The translations under genes were made by a program, and so were the position numbers. The notes under the pieces were generated by a model. It saw only the letters and a program-made list of their open reading frames with translations. It was not told the DNA's origin and ran no database searches. From Aplysia californica (lineage: Eukaryota): a stretch of DNA of 64,000 bases. This document shows positions 1-10,895 of the stretch, in pieces (position 1 is the stretch's first letter; every line of letters starts with the position of its first letter). The stretch spans positions 663,428-727,427 of the forward strand of contig NW_004797368.1 in NCBI RefSeq assembly GCF_000002075.1, read 5' to 3'.

Positions 1-124
1 TTTTGTCTAAAATTAAAACAAGACTCTCCCTCCTACCCTGCTTATCAAAAAATGATGATGATGATGGTGATGATGATGTGGACAATGATAACAACAGCTG
101 ACAACACTTTCTCTGTGTCTTCAG

Positions 125-3100
125 GTACATTTCATCTTTAACCAGTACACGTCGGTGACCGCAGTCCGACAGGCCATCGCCAACATCCAGCCCAAGCTGG
201 GCAATACGGACACCCACCTGGCCCTCAAATACGCCACGGACACACTCTTCACTGTCCAGGTCACTTTCTCACTTCTGTGTGGTCGCTTACTCACTTCTGT
301 GTGGTCGTTTACTCACTTCTGTGTGGTCGTTTACTCACTTCTGTGTGGTCGCTAACTGTTGTCTAGTCGTTTACTCTCTTCTCTGTGGTCGCTTACTAAC
401 TGTTGTCTAGTCGTTTACTCTCTTCTGTGAGGTCGCTTACTAACTGTTGTCTAGTCGTTTACTCTTTTCTGTGTGGTCGTTTACTCACTTCTGTGTGGTC
501 GTTTACCCACTTCTGTGAGGTCGCTTACTAACTGTTGTCTAGTCGTTTACTCTTTTCTGTGTGGTCGTTTAACTCACTTCTGTGTGGTCGTTTACCCACT
601 TCTGTGTGGTCGTTTACTAACTGTTGTCTAGTCGTTTACTCTCTTCTATGTGGTCGATTACTGACTGTTAAAATTGTCTAGTCGCTTACTCACTTCTGTG
701 TGGTCGTTTACTCACTTCTGTGTGGTCGTTTACTCACTTCTGTGAGGTCGTTTACTCACTTCTGTGTGATCGCTTACTGACTGTTGTCTAGTCGTTATTT
801 AATTCTGTCTGGTCATTATGACGTATCATTATAATATGCCATGTGTAGTTGGGTGATAGCTGATAGTCATAAACAAATTGTTTTGTTATATTTCGTCCTG
901 TTTCTTCCTCACCCCACCTTCTCCAGTCCGGATCCCGTTCTGATGCGGCCCGTATCGCTATTGTCTTGACCGATGGTCAGTCCGACGACAGCCTGGCCTC
1001 CAAGAGGAACGCGGCCGCACTCAGGCAAAAAGGCGTCACCGTGTTTGTCATTGGTGAGAAATAATGTTTATCTTTGTCTCGTCCGTATACTCCTTGGCTC
1101 TTTATTACTCACTCGTTAATACGCCAATGTGTACTTAACTTTGCATGGCACTCCTCAAGGACAGCCACCAAACTTTTTTTTAAAAATCTAGGTACAGTGT
1201 TATAAAAACGTTTTTTAAAAAACCTGGACCCTATATTAAACACCGCCCTTTCGGCGCAGTCTGAGGACAGCTACAATAATAACTGTTTTACTGTTATTTT
1301 GCCTTCAAATTGCCCACTTTGAGACAGCCCCAACGGCCTGCACACAGTCCCAAAGTCCAAGGCCGGACGCACAAAAAATCAAGCTATGTCTGATTTTTGT
1401 TGCGGCCGACCGGTTGGATAGTCTGTCATGTCTGCAGCCCGCTGATGATGAAATTGTCGTTTTCAACCTATTAAAAACTACGTCTTAACGTAAAAAATAA
1501 TATCAAATTCAGAACCAGCATATATTGAAATCAGCATAATGACTTTCAGATGACTCTTTTTTCTGGATTTTAAAGATCCCCCCCCCCCCCTCCAAAAAAC
1601 AAAAGCCATCATATATCATTTTTTAATCACATAGAAGACGGACAACTGTCAGTTTTAACTGAACGTGTAATAGACAAGCGAACAGTGACTAGTTCACGCG
1701 CTGTCTCCTGCTCCCAAGTGGCGTCGGCGGACTCATGTTGCGGGTTCCGGGTTCCGGGTTCGAGCCTCAGCTCTGTCCGATGTTGTGTCCTTGGGAAATG
1801 CACTTTACTCGAAAATTTTCATTACGCTCGGTCCTTTCGGAGATGAACGTTAAACTCGGAGGTCCCGCCTCTTAAATAACCTAATAGTGTTGATTGAGGA
1901 GTTAAACCTATACTATTTCACTACTTTCTGCTCCCAACTGGCATGTTTCCCTGTACCTCCAGGTGTGGGCACGGACACAGACGTGACAGAGCTCAACGCC
2001 CTGGCCTCTGAGCCCACGTGCACACACGTGCAGAACCTGGACCAGTACTCTGAGCTAGACTCTCTCAAGACAGAGATCCGACAGGTCTCTTGTGAAAGTG
2101 AGTACATATTATCGTATGCCAAGCGCAAGGCATTTAATTAATTGAAGACGTGCATTGGGGGAGGGGGGGTGTTTAGGAAAAAAACGAAGAAAAAAAACAA
2201 CAAAGCTGGCGACTAAGAGACGTCTCTTTCTTCCTGCGACACCCAAAAGGGTATAAGCGGAGGATAAAAGTAAAGTAAAGTAAAGGAGACGTGCACTCAG
2301 GTCATAGGACAACGCTTGTAGACCTCCTGTTTGGGGCACTTTTCTAAAGCTTCATTATTCATCATATAGATTTTTCATTTCTGTTTTCTTAATTTGAAAC
2401 GTAAAAAGCGAGATAACAACATGCGTACGAAAAATATGCAAATTCGTATATGTTTTGCGCATGATGGTTCGAAATTATACATGTATGCCTTAAAGTTGTC
2501 TTTCGTGTATGTCCCCTACATCCTCAGTGAGTTAATGGGCTGCTTGACCCAGTTTGTGTTACCGCTTCACTACTGTTTAGTTTGACAATGCTTTTCAAGT
2601 ACTCATTGGTCAGAGTGCAGAAGAAAAAAACTTAAGAATAGTACACGCTTGACTCATCAATGGGAGATGAAAGACTGGGTTTGAGAAAAAACTTTCCGCC
2701 CTTTTCAGATTATAATATTGACCAACTGGGGTTGAAAGGAAAACCAGTTACCTCCGGAGTGGTATAAAATACGTAAGATTTTCTGCCTCGTCCAAGGAAT
2801 CATCCTTCGCTGTCGTTGCTATTATTATCATGCTGCAGCCACGTTTTTAGATTAAAAAGAAGAAAATGGGAGAATTGAATTTTTTTCATGCTGGCCATCC
2901 ATTGAACGTGTCGTCTGTGGATTATTTGTTATGCGAGGTGCCCATTAAGTCTGGATCAGGCTGATCGCCCGACTCGGTCGCTTGAAACTGAAAACAAACA
3001 CATTTGTTCGTTCTTGAGGCAACCGCGTCGGGCGATCGGCCTGATCCGCCAATCCCATCCGTAGTGGGCACCCCGTAGTAGACTCTCGGACTTGCAACCG

Positions 3101-3875
3101 TCACCCCATCTTCTCCCTCCCCTCACCCTTTTTCCTCCTCCCCCTACTCCCATCTTCTCCCTCCTCCTACTCCCATCTTCTCCTTCCCCCTCACCCTATT
3201 TCCTCCTCCCCCTACTTCCATCTTCTCCATCCCCTCACTCTATTTCCTCCTCCCCCTAACCCCATCATCTCCCTCCCCTTCCCCCATCTCCCCATCCCCT
3301 CTTCCCCCATTTCTCACCTCCCACCTCTGTAGGACCAGGAAACAGTCCATGATCGTTCGTCCCTTCATGATTGACGAGTGGGGGCGATGACTTTTGGTCC
3401 GGGGCTCGGCCCTTTGACAAGGCCTTTGGTCTTCCTCTTGTTGTCTGTCCTTTAATTACGCACTCATCATAGTCACACGGGCAGCGAGTGGTTGGAACTG
3501 GGAGGTTTTAGTGGGTGGTTGGAGGGTGCCACTGGTTGGTTTTGAGGGTGTGCCACTAGTAGGTTCTATAGCGGGTGGTTGGAGGGTGCCACTGGTAGGT
3601 TTTAGAGTGAGTGGCTGAAGGGTGCCACTGGCAGGTTTTAGTGGGTAGTTGGAGAGTGCCACTGGTAAGTTTTGTGGGTGGTTAGTGGGTGCCTCTTGTA
3701 GGTTCTACAGCGGGTGGTTGGAGGATGCCTATGGTAGATCAAATTTTTTTCTTTCCCTCTGTTGTTTCTGTCTTTCTTTTTTTCCCCTTCTAAGCAATAC
3801 ATGGCGGCCATTGGGTATCTATTATGTGTCTCTCTTTACTCAAACAAACGAACTCATAAAGGCGCAGCTCAAGTG

Positions 3876-3947
<72 letters not shown>

Positions 3948-5287
3948 ATGCCTTTCACCTTTCACACCTGGCAGGGTATAGGTTACATATACGCTCTTTC
4001 CATTTTATCTCTGTCCTGGGCCATCCTTCAAAGTGAGCTTCATCTCTCTCATGTCCCTTTCCACACATCTCCTCCATGTTTCCCTTGGCCTAACCCTGCC
4101 TCGTGCTCCCGGTTCAAGTGTCATGCCTGGCTATGATGCGAATGACCCTGGTTCAAATCCCCACTAGGTCGTTCTTGGAATGGGGAGAGGGGGGTATCTC
4201 TCCGTGAGTTTTTCAAAGGTTTGGGGTTTCAGGTGGTGATAAAATTCGGGGTTAAGGGTTGGGGTTAGATTAGGGCTAGGGTTAGAGTTATGGTTGGGGT
4301 TAGGGTGAGGGTGAGAGTTAAGGTTAGGGTTAGGCGTAGGGTTAAGGTTAGGGTGAAGGGTAAGGGTTCGTTTAGGGTTAGGGTTGGGGTTTGGATTAAG
4401 GTTGGGGTTATGGGTTTTGAATAATGAGTTTGGGGATAGGAGTTGGGGGTTAGGGGTTAGAGGTTAGGGGTTATGGGTTAGGGGTTAGGGATTAGGGGTT
4501 ATGGGTTAGGGGTTATGGGTTATGGGTTATGGGTGTTGGGTTAGGGATTAGGGGTTAGGGATTAGGGGTTAGGGGTTGTGGATTAGGAGTTAGAGGTTGC
4601 TCTTTATGGTTTAGGGGTGAGGGTTTAGTGTTTAGGGTTTAGGGGTATGGGTTTAGTGTTTATGGTTTAGGGGTTATGGGTTAGGAGTTAGGGCTAAGGT
4701 TTGGCAGAGAGTAGAAGTAGAAGAATTATTCTGTGTCTTGTTTTGTCGGTCGTGTTTTTGATGTCAGCTGCTTCGCCTGTGTTTGTTTGCCTTTGCCTTT
4801 TCCGTGTTTTGCTCGGTTTTTATCTCGGTTTCAGTTCGTTGTCTTTTCAGATTGGATCACCCCGACGAAATAAATGTTCAATAGGGAGTTGCTAAACTTG
4901 GCTTGTTTGGTTCAATCTTCACGATCATTTTTTCTCCACACAGCAAGGTTCTTGTGGCGATGGACATTAATTTCGTAGATATTGCCTGTTCAGTATTTTG
5001 TGGTGGTCAAAGGAGCTAAAATTGGCGATTGAATGAACCAATGAAAATGAAAAAACCCAGTTTATTACGTGATGAATATTTTTTTCTTATTTTTTTTTGN
5101 NNNNNNNNNNNNNNNNNNNNNNNNNNNNNNNNNNNNNNNNNNNNNNNNNNNNNNNNNNNNNNNNNNNNNNNNNNNNNNNNNNNNNNNNNNNNNNNNNNNN
5201 NNNNNNNNNNNNNNNNNNNNNNNNNNNNNNNNNNNNNNNNNNNNNNNNNNNNNNNNNNNNNNNNNNNNNNNNNNNNNNNNNNNNNNN

Positions 5288-5342
<55 letters not shown>

Positions 5343-7177
5343 ACATTAGTTTGTGAAATCAACGTGCTTTCATTATTGCTTTATTCTACCTGCCAACTTA
5401 TGTATAATTTAATGTGTTTGTCCGCCGGTGTGTCTTTCCTCAGTTAGCGAGAACGTGTGCCTGGAGCGAGGAAAGGTGCGACTCTGCACGCCTCTCGATC
5501 TGCTGAAGGCACTGTATACTGTTGTGCAGTTGAATCCTGTCAGTAAGTTGTGAGGGGGAGGGGGGCAGGAGGGGAAGAGGAGGAGTGAGGGAAGGAATTG
5601 GGTGGAGGAGGAGTGAGGTGTGGGAAGAGAAGGGAAAAGGGGGAGAGGGGAAAGGAGGAGAAGTGAAGGATGAAGAAGTGAAAGGAGGAGACGGGGGTAA
5701 AAAGGGGGAGGGGAGGGTAAAGGAGGGACGGAGAGAGGTGAGATGAGAAGATGGACGGATGGGGAGAGGGTTGGGTGAGGTGGGGAGGAGGGGGGAGGGA
5801 AAATACGGTCGTAGATAGATAGATAGATAGTTAGATATAATATGTGTGTACATGGGTATGTGTGCATTGTGTATGTGTTTGTGTGCGTGTGCGTGCGTGC
5901 GGGTNNNNNNNNNNNNNNNNNNNNNNNNNNNNNNNNNNNNNNNNNNNNNNNNNNNNNNNNNNNNNNNNNNNNNNNNNNNNNNNNNNNNNNNNNNNNNNNN
6001 NNNNNNNNNNNNNNNNNNNNNNNNNNNNNNNNNNNNNNNNNNNNNNNNNNNNNNNNNNNNNNNNNNNNNNNNNNNNNNNNNNNNNNNNNNNNNNNNNNNN
6101 NNNNNNNNNNNNNNNNNNNNNNNNNNNNNNNNNNNNNNNNNNNNNNNNNNNNNNNNNNNNNNNNNNNNNNNNNNNNNNNNNNNNNNNNNNNNNNNNNNNN
6201 NNNNNNNNNNNNNNNNNNNNNNNNNNNNNNNNNNNNNNNNNNNNNNNNNNNNNNNNNNNNNNNNNNNNNNNNNNNNNNNNNNNNNNNNNNNNNNNNNNNN
6301 NNNNNNNNNNNNNNNNNNNNNNNNNNNNNNNNNNNNNNNNNNNNNNNNNNNNNNNNNNNNNNNNNNNNNNNNNNNNNNNNNNNNNNNNNNNNNNNNNNNN
6401 NNNNNNNNNNNNNNNNNNNNNNNNNNNNNNNNNNNNNNNNNNNNNNNNNNNNNNNNNNNNNNNNNNNNNNNNNNNNNNNNNNNNNNNNNNNNNNNNNNNN
6501 NNNNNNNNNNNNNNNNNNNNNNNNNNNNNNNNNNNNNNNNNNNNNNNNNNNNNNNNNNNNNNNNNNNNNNNNNCTGATTGTCTTGCTTGGGTGGCCGTTT
6601 GTACAACTGATTGTCTTGCTCAGGTGGCCGTTTGTACAACTGATTGTCTTGCTTGGGTGGCCGTTTGTACAACTGATTGTCTTGCTTGGGTGGCCGTTTG
6701 TACAACTGATTGTCTTGCTCAGGTGGCCGCTTGTACAACTGATTGTCTTGCTTGGATGGCCGTTTGTACAACTGATTGTCTTGCTCATGTGGCCGTTTGT
6801 ACAACTGATTGTCTTGCTCATGGGGCCGTTTGTACAATTGATTGTCTTGCTCAGGTGGCCGTCAGAGCAGGTCCTACTGTACTGTCAGTCACAGAAACCT
6901 TCGGTATCATTATGCTCATTTCCCAGCAGCTCGAGCATGCCACATTGCGCATTCCCAATTCTTGGTAGAGGTGCTGTATTATAAGTGTCACGACATGGTG
7001 GAATCAGGCGTCGTCAATTTTTGGATTATAGAGTTGTTTAGTATCATCTTAAAGCTTTTGTTCATTTGTCTTGCATTTGGCGAAAAAAATACATATATCT
7101 TTTATTTAATAGAAGTCGAGATATTCTCGATTGAAAGAGGTGGAGTGCGCCTGGTATCAGAGATAAAATTAGCGAGA

Positions 7178-7260
<83 letters not shown>

Positions 7261-8449
7261 ACGAGTGTGGGGGAGGGAGGGAGAAACAGAGTAAGAGAAT
7301 GAGAATGAGAGAGAGAGAGAGAGCGAGAGAGGTGGGCAGGCCTTATTTCCCCAATCCTGATTCTAACAATAATAACAACAATAACGATAACAACAACGAA
7401 AACAACAACATCCTACTGACAATGACAATGGCGACGACAACAATTCAAATCTAAGTTTTATCGAACCAAGCTTTAAAATTTGGTTTACAATTCCATACAT
7501 ACAAACATACAGACTTACTTACTTACTAATCCCTTAGTCTTAGATGGCCGTTAGCCCACGAAGGATAATCGGGCAACCATTTTTCTCTGTCCTCCATTTT
7601 CAGCCTTTCGAAGGGTTTCACTCAACTTTAAACGTATCCATTCCTTGGTGTTGTCTTCCCTTCTCTTTTTCTGTCTGCCTCTCCTTCTCCCTCCTAGTAC
7701 AGTGCCCTATAGGATCATCTTTGCAAGGCTTTTGATCTTTTTATGAACCCATCCCATCTCAATTTCCATTTTTTTTTCATAGTGATGAGAAGATCTTCAT
7801 AGTATGTCTGATTTTGTTCCTCACTTCCGTATTATATACAATATCACACTAACACCGACAATTAATGGCAGCAATTCGCTACCTTAGAATTACACAGTTT
7901 TATATCTGCTCGGTACCTAGTTTTGAGAAATTTAACGATAAAAATATTGAGTTTCACAACATGATTTTTCGAAAGCAGTTCTTTAAATATCTTGATAACG
8001 AATCCAAATAATCTTACTATTTTGATAGAGCAAATAGAACATTTGGTTTCTAATCTCATGGTCTTAGTAACTTAAAACGGCCAAAAATGTTAGAATTTAT
8101 CAATATTACATTATACACACTATCACACCAACGCCGCAATCATGGCAGCATTTTTAAAAATTGATGCCCTGACGTCACTTCCCCCCAGCTGGTGACTGTG
8201 GCTTCCGGGTCGTTGTGTGCGAACTGTACCAATGGCAACTGGAACCAAGGCAAACGCTTCTTCGCCTACCCAGGAAACGACACGATGTACATCATGTGTA
8301 CGGAGTACGTGGGCGTCTGCAATGTCAAACAGTGTGCCATTTACCACAAGTGGAATCAGGTACACTATCCCAAACAAAGAAACGTGGTGCGAGAAAAATA
8401 CTTTGTTCGTCATCTTTGTAGTTTTCTCTACTACTACTACTACTACTTT

Positions 8450-8503
<54 letters not shown>

Positions 8504-10518
8504 GAAGAAGAAGAAGAAGAAGAAGAAGAATCTTGAATGTGGGCTGTTACTTACATTTTTTAGACCCTCAGCTCGCTTAGTTTGAACATCTTAGAGACAC
8601 AACAATTTAAATTTGGAGGTTAGCCTCTTAAACACATTTGCAATGAACTTACGTATATCCAGAACCGAAACAAGGGATTTAGGGAGGAGGGGGATGTTTT
8701 ATTTGTTTAAGTAAACAGAAGCACATTAACACAATAACGGCCATTTACATGTGTGGCAATGGGAAAAATAATGATAGACAGGCAGAAACAATAGACGGAA
8801 GAAAAAAACTAGGACCTGAAAGTGGAGTCCCGCTCCCACCCCCACCCCTCAAGCATCCACAGAGGGATTTTTTAGTCTTTTCTTTCCGTGAATGAAGTAA
8901 TAGCACCCCTCCCCCCTCAACCCTCCCCCACACACTTCAAACCACCCCCTTCAAACCAACCTCTTCAACCACCCCCCCCCCCCCCACCATGTACCCCCAG
9001 GTGGACCAAGCATGTACCTACGAGAACATCGTGCTGGACTGGACCAAAGACCAGTACCAGACTTCCCCCCACCCCATCGACTACCTGTGCAAGCAGGGAC
9101 AGGGCGACAACGACATGTACTTCCACCCCCACCCCGTGGATCAGACCAAGTACATTCAGGTCAGTAAACGATTTTTAGTAAGAGTTTTACGGCACTTACA
9201 ACAGTGAACGTTTTTATTTTTAGTAAGAGTTTTACGGCACCTACAACAGTGAACGTTTTTAGTAAGAGTTTTAGATCACTTACCACAGGTCAGTGAACAG
9301 GCGTACAAAACTAGAAGAGAAAGACTTTTCGACATATTATGATGTGAAAAATGTGGAAATGTGTAATTCTCTTTGAAATAAAAATGTACTTTCACCCCCA
9401 CCCCATGGACTAAACCGTGAACGTTTCAAGTAAGAGTTTTATGGCACTTACAAAAAGGTCAGTAAACAAGCCCACAAAACAAAAAACATTAAATTTCAAC
9501 TGTTCGATCGTTTGTTAGTTGTTTCTGTGGACTCTGTTTAAAAAATCCAAAGGGAATAACTGAGGGGGTTCATGTTGGGGTAATAAGGTTTAAGCTTACA
9601 AAGAGTTCACAAAACCTTTCTCATGGCCATGTACGGCCTCGGATCCCTCCCTCCGATACCCGTTGCCCCAAAACTTTCTCAGCACGGTGTGATATCCTTT
9701 CAATGTGACAGTCGTGGTTTTACCGTTCTCGTCCTAAAACTAGAACGGGCCTATCACGCCCTTGTAGTTAAAAGATTTTTAGACGTTATGTTTTAAGGTT
9801 TACTCACTATTTATTGAAATCTTTAAAAGTTGCAATTTCTCAAGCATATGCAAATTGATTTTCTTCATATCGATAAATTTGGCGTCCGCTTGGTCGAAAT
9901 TATATGTGTTTGAAGTTTTGTTGAAACAAACTGCTGCAGAGATGACAGAGCTATTGCTTTTAACATGGGTTCTCTTTTTTTAGACACCCTGTTCATCCAC
10001 TGTCAGCAATTCTTTCTCAAAACATTCCATACCAGAGAATCGCCCCTCAGCACATAGTCCTACTATACACTTTATCGGAGCACACATTTTGTCACAGCAC
10101 GCCTCACCATAGCGCACATCTAACCCTACAATATTATATAATAAAATTTTGCGTCGGTGGCCCAGTGGTTAGACTACCGGATCCGTAATCGTAAGATTGC
10201 AGGTTCGGGTTCTAGACATAGTCTAGTGTTGTGTCCTTGGGAAAGCAGACACTTTACACAAACTTCCCACTTGGCTCGGTCCTTTCGGGGATGGATGTAA
10301 ACACCTCGGAGGTCCCACCTATTAAATAGCCTAATAGTATTAATAGAGGTTTTAAACCTATACCATTTCACCATTTTTGACTCCATTTTCTCTGCTCTGT
10401 GTCTGTCCTACAGTGTGACGAGTTCGGAGACGCCTTCGTCAAGGAGTGCCAGAACGGCGAGATCTGGAGCCAGCAGCTCATGACCTGTGTGCCTGGGCAG
10501 CCCAGAGTCATCGGATAG
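125..10518 (+). CDS. VWA-domain protein with two C-terminal chitin-binding (peritrophin-A/ChtBD2-like) modules; 5'-partial, 7 exons: 125-259, 927-1053, 1963-2097, 5444-5538, 8189-8359, 9001-9159, 10414-10518
   Basis: All exons are flanked by AG/GT and their phases join. Translation gives VWA motifs (GNTDTHLALKYA, ARIAIVLTDGQSDD, LRQKGVTVFVIGVG, ELNALASEP) and then Cys modules (FFAYPGNDTMYIMC..CAIYHKWNQVDQAC; YFHPHPVDQTKYIQCDEFGDAFVKECQNGEIWSQQLMTCV). TAG stop at 10516-10518. Extra exons could be hidden in the N gaps. Confidence 0.85.
262..815. repeat. Intronic minisatellite, ~22-bp unit TTTACTCACTTCTGTGTGGTCG interspersed with a CTAACTGTTGTCTAGTCG variant
   Basis: Directly visible tandem units. 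Confidence 0.9.
927..1053 (+). CDS. VWA gene exon (IVLTDGQS motif), absent from the ORF track
   Basis: ctccag acceptor and gtgag donor; translates SGSRSDAARIAIVLTDGQSDDSLASKRNAAALRQKGVTVFVI-G. Confidence 0.92.
1717..1925 (+). mobile_element. tRNA-derived SINE, family 1
   Basis: B-box-like GGTTCGAG; body GTTGTGTCCTTGGGAAA...CTCGGTCCTTTCGG...CTCGGAGGTCCC; homologous to 10151-10375. Confidence 0.75.
1963..2097 (+). CDS. VWA gene exon (C-terminal end of the VWA domain)
   Basis: ctccag acceptor and gtgagt donor; (G)VGTDTDVTELNALASEPTCTHVQNLDQYSELDSLKTEIRQVSCE. Confidence 0.9.
3100..3325. repeat. Polypyrimidine degenerate tandem repeat (CCCATCTTCTCCCTCCCCTCACCC...)
   Basis: Visible C/T-rich repeat units. 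Confidence 0.8.
3485..3790. repeat. ~30-bp degenerate tandem repeat (GGGTGGTTGGAGGGTGCCACTGGTAGGTTTTA) with dispersed relatives near 24025 and 51425
   Basis: Visible units; the same motif followed by CCCTCTGTTGTTTCTGTCT recurs elsewhere in the window. Confidence 0.75.
3876..4115 (-). mobile_element. RTE-like LINE 3' fragment with (TGA)n tail
   Basis: Minus strand reads GRVRPRETWRRCVERDMREMKLT, typical of an RTE ORF C-terminus; the adjacent (CAT)n run is the tail. Confidence 0.65.
4215..4700 (+). repeat. Degenerate interstitial telomere-like repeat (TTAGGG/TTAGGGG/TTATGGG)
   Basis: About 480 bp of GGGTTA variants. Confidence 0.85.
5444..5538 (+). CDS. VWA gene linker exon
   Basis: ttcctcag acceptor; SENVCLERGKVRLCTPLDLLKALYTVVQLNP; the GTCAGT donor gives the phase needed to join exon 8189. 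Confidence 0.7.
6574..6862. repeat. 33-bp minisatellite CTGATTGTCTTGCTTGGGTGGCCGTTTGTACAA (8-9 visible units, runs into a gap)
   Basis: Near-perfect tandem units with no spacers. Confidence 0.95.
7182..7260. repeat. (GA)n microsatellite
   Basis: Direct. Similar runs at 10815-10922, 13610-13706 and 13921-13971. Confidence 0.95.
7512..7830 (-). mobile_element. RTE-clade LINE 3' fragment with (TAAG)n tail
   Basis: Minus strand reads KSLAKMIL*GTVLGGRRRGRQKKRREDNTKEWIRLKLSETLRKAE, the RTE C-terminal signature; ACTTACTTACTT tail on the plus strand. Confidence 0.8.
8189..8359 (+). CDS. VWA gene exon, first chitin-binding-like module
   Basis: ccccag acceptor and gtacac donor; LVTVASGSLCANCTNGNWNQGKRFFAYPGNDTMYIMCTEYVGVCNVKQCAIYHKWNQ. 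Confidence 0.85.
8428..8530. repeat. Compound (TAC)n(GAA)n microsatellite
   Basis: Direct. Confidence 0.95.
9001..9159 (+). CDS. VWA gene exon, between and into the second chitin-binding-like module
   Basis: ccccag acceptor and gtcagt donor; VDQACTYENI...YFHPHPVDQTKYIQ. Confidence 0.85.
10151..10375 (+). mobile_element. tRNA-derived SINE, family 1
   Basis: A-box GGTGGCCCAGTGGTTAG, B-box-like GGTTCG, body shared with 1717-1925. Confidence 0.8.
10414..10518 (+). CDS. VWA gene terminal coding exon
   Basis: ctacag acceptor; CDEFGDAFVKECQNGEIWSQQLMTCVPGQPRVIG*. Confidence 0.88.
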   Translation, partial: CDEFGDAFVKECQNGEIWSQQLMTCVPGQPRVIG

Positions 10519-10704
10519 AAGGCGTTTATTTTGACAAATTTAAAAGAAACCTCGTCTAAGGATTTCTGAAGATGCAACAGTTGTTATTTGTCGACCCTGG
10601 TTCTACATGTAGATATGAGGAAAATTTGCTAAGACGCCATCATTAAGTGCCAGTTCGTCGATCATGGCCCCCCATTCATTTTGCCTCTTGGATGCTATGC
10701 TCTG

Positions 10705-10710
10705 AATAAA
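10705..10710 (+). terminator. Candidate polyadenylation signal AATAAA of the VWA gene
   Basis: AATAAA about 190 nt after the stop codon. Confidence 0.5.
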
Positions 10711-10833
10711 CTTATACTATTATCCTGGTGTTCCCCGTCACCCATCTGTTCAAGTTTTCCAGATAAAATTGCACTGGGTCTAAGCCTGCTTCGTTTGCCT
10801 TCTCTTTTTCCAAAGAGAGAGAGGGGGGGGGAG

Positions 10834-10895
<62 letters not shown>

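Noticed and set aside
4215-4700. True telomere
   Set aside because: Highly degenerate and located inside an intron of a continuing gene.
6574-6862. CRISPR-like array
   Set aside because: Units are contiguous with no unique spacers, the context is eukaryotic and there are no cas genes.
6855-6903. Possible exon GGRQSRSYCTVSHRNL at the end of the minisatellite
   Set aside because: The acceptor comes from the repeat unit, the phase does not join exon 8189, and the gene model is complete without it.
5029-6984. Long ORFs of 240-470 aa in several frames
   Set aside because: They are made of N runs and a 33-bp tandem repeat that is open in several frames; there is no splice or codon evidence.
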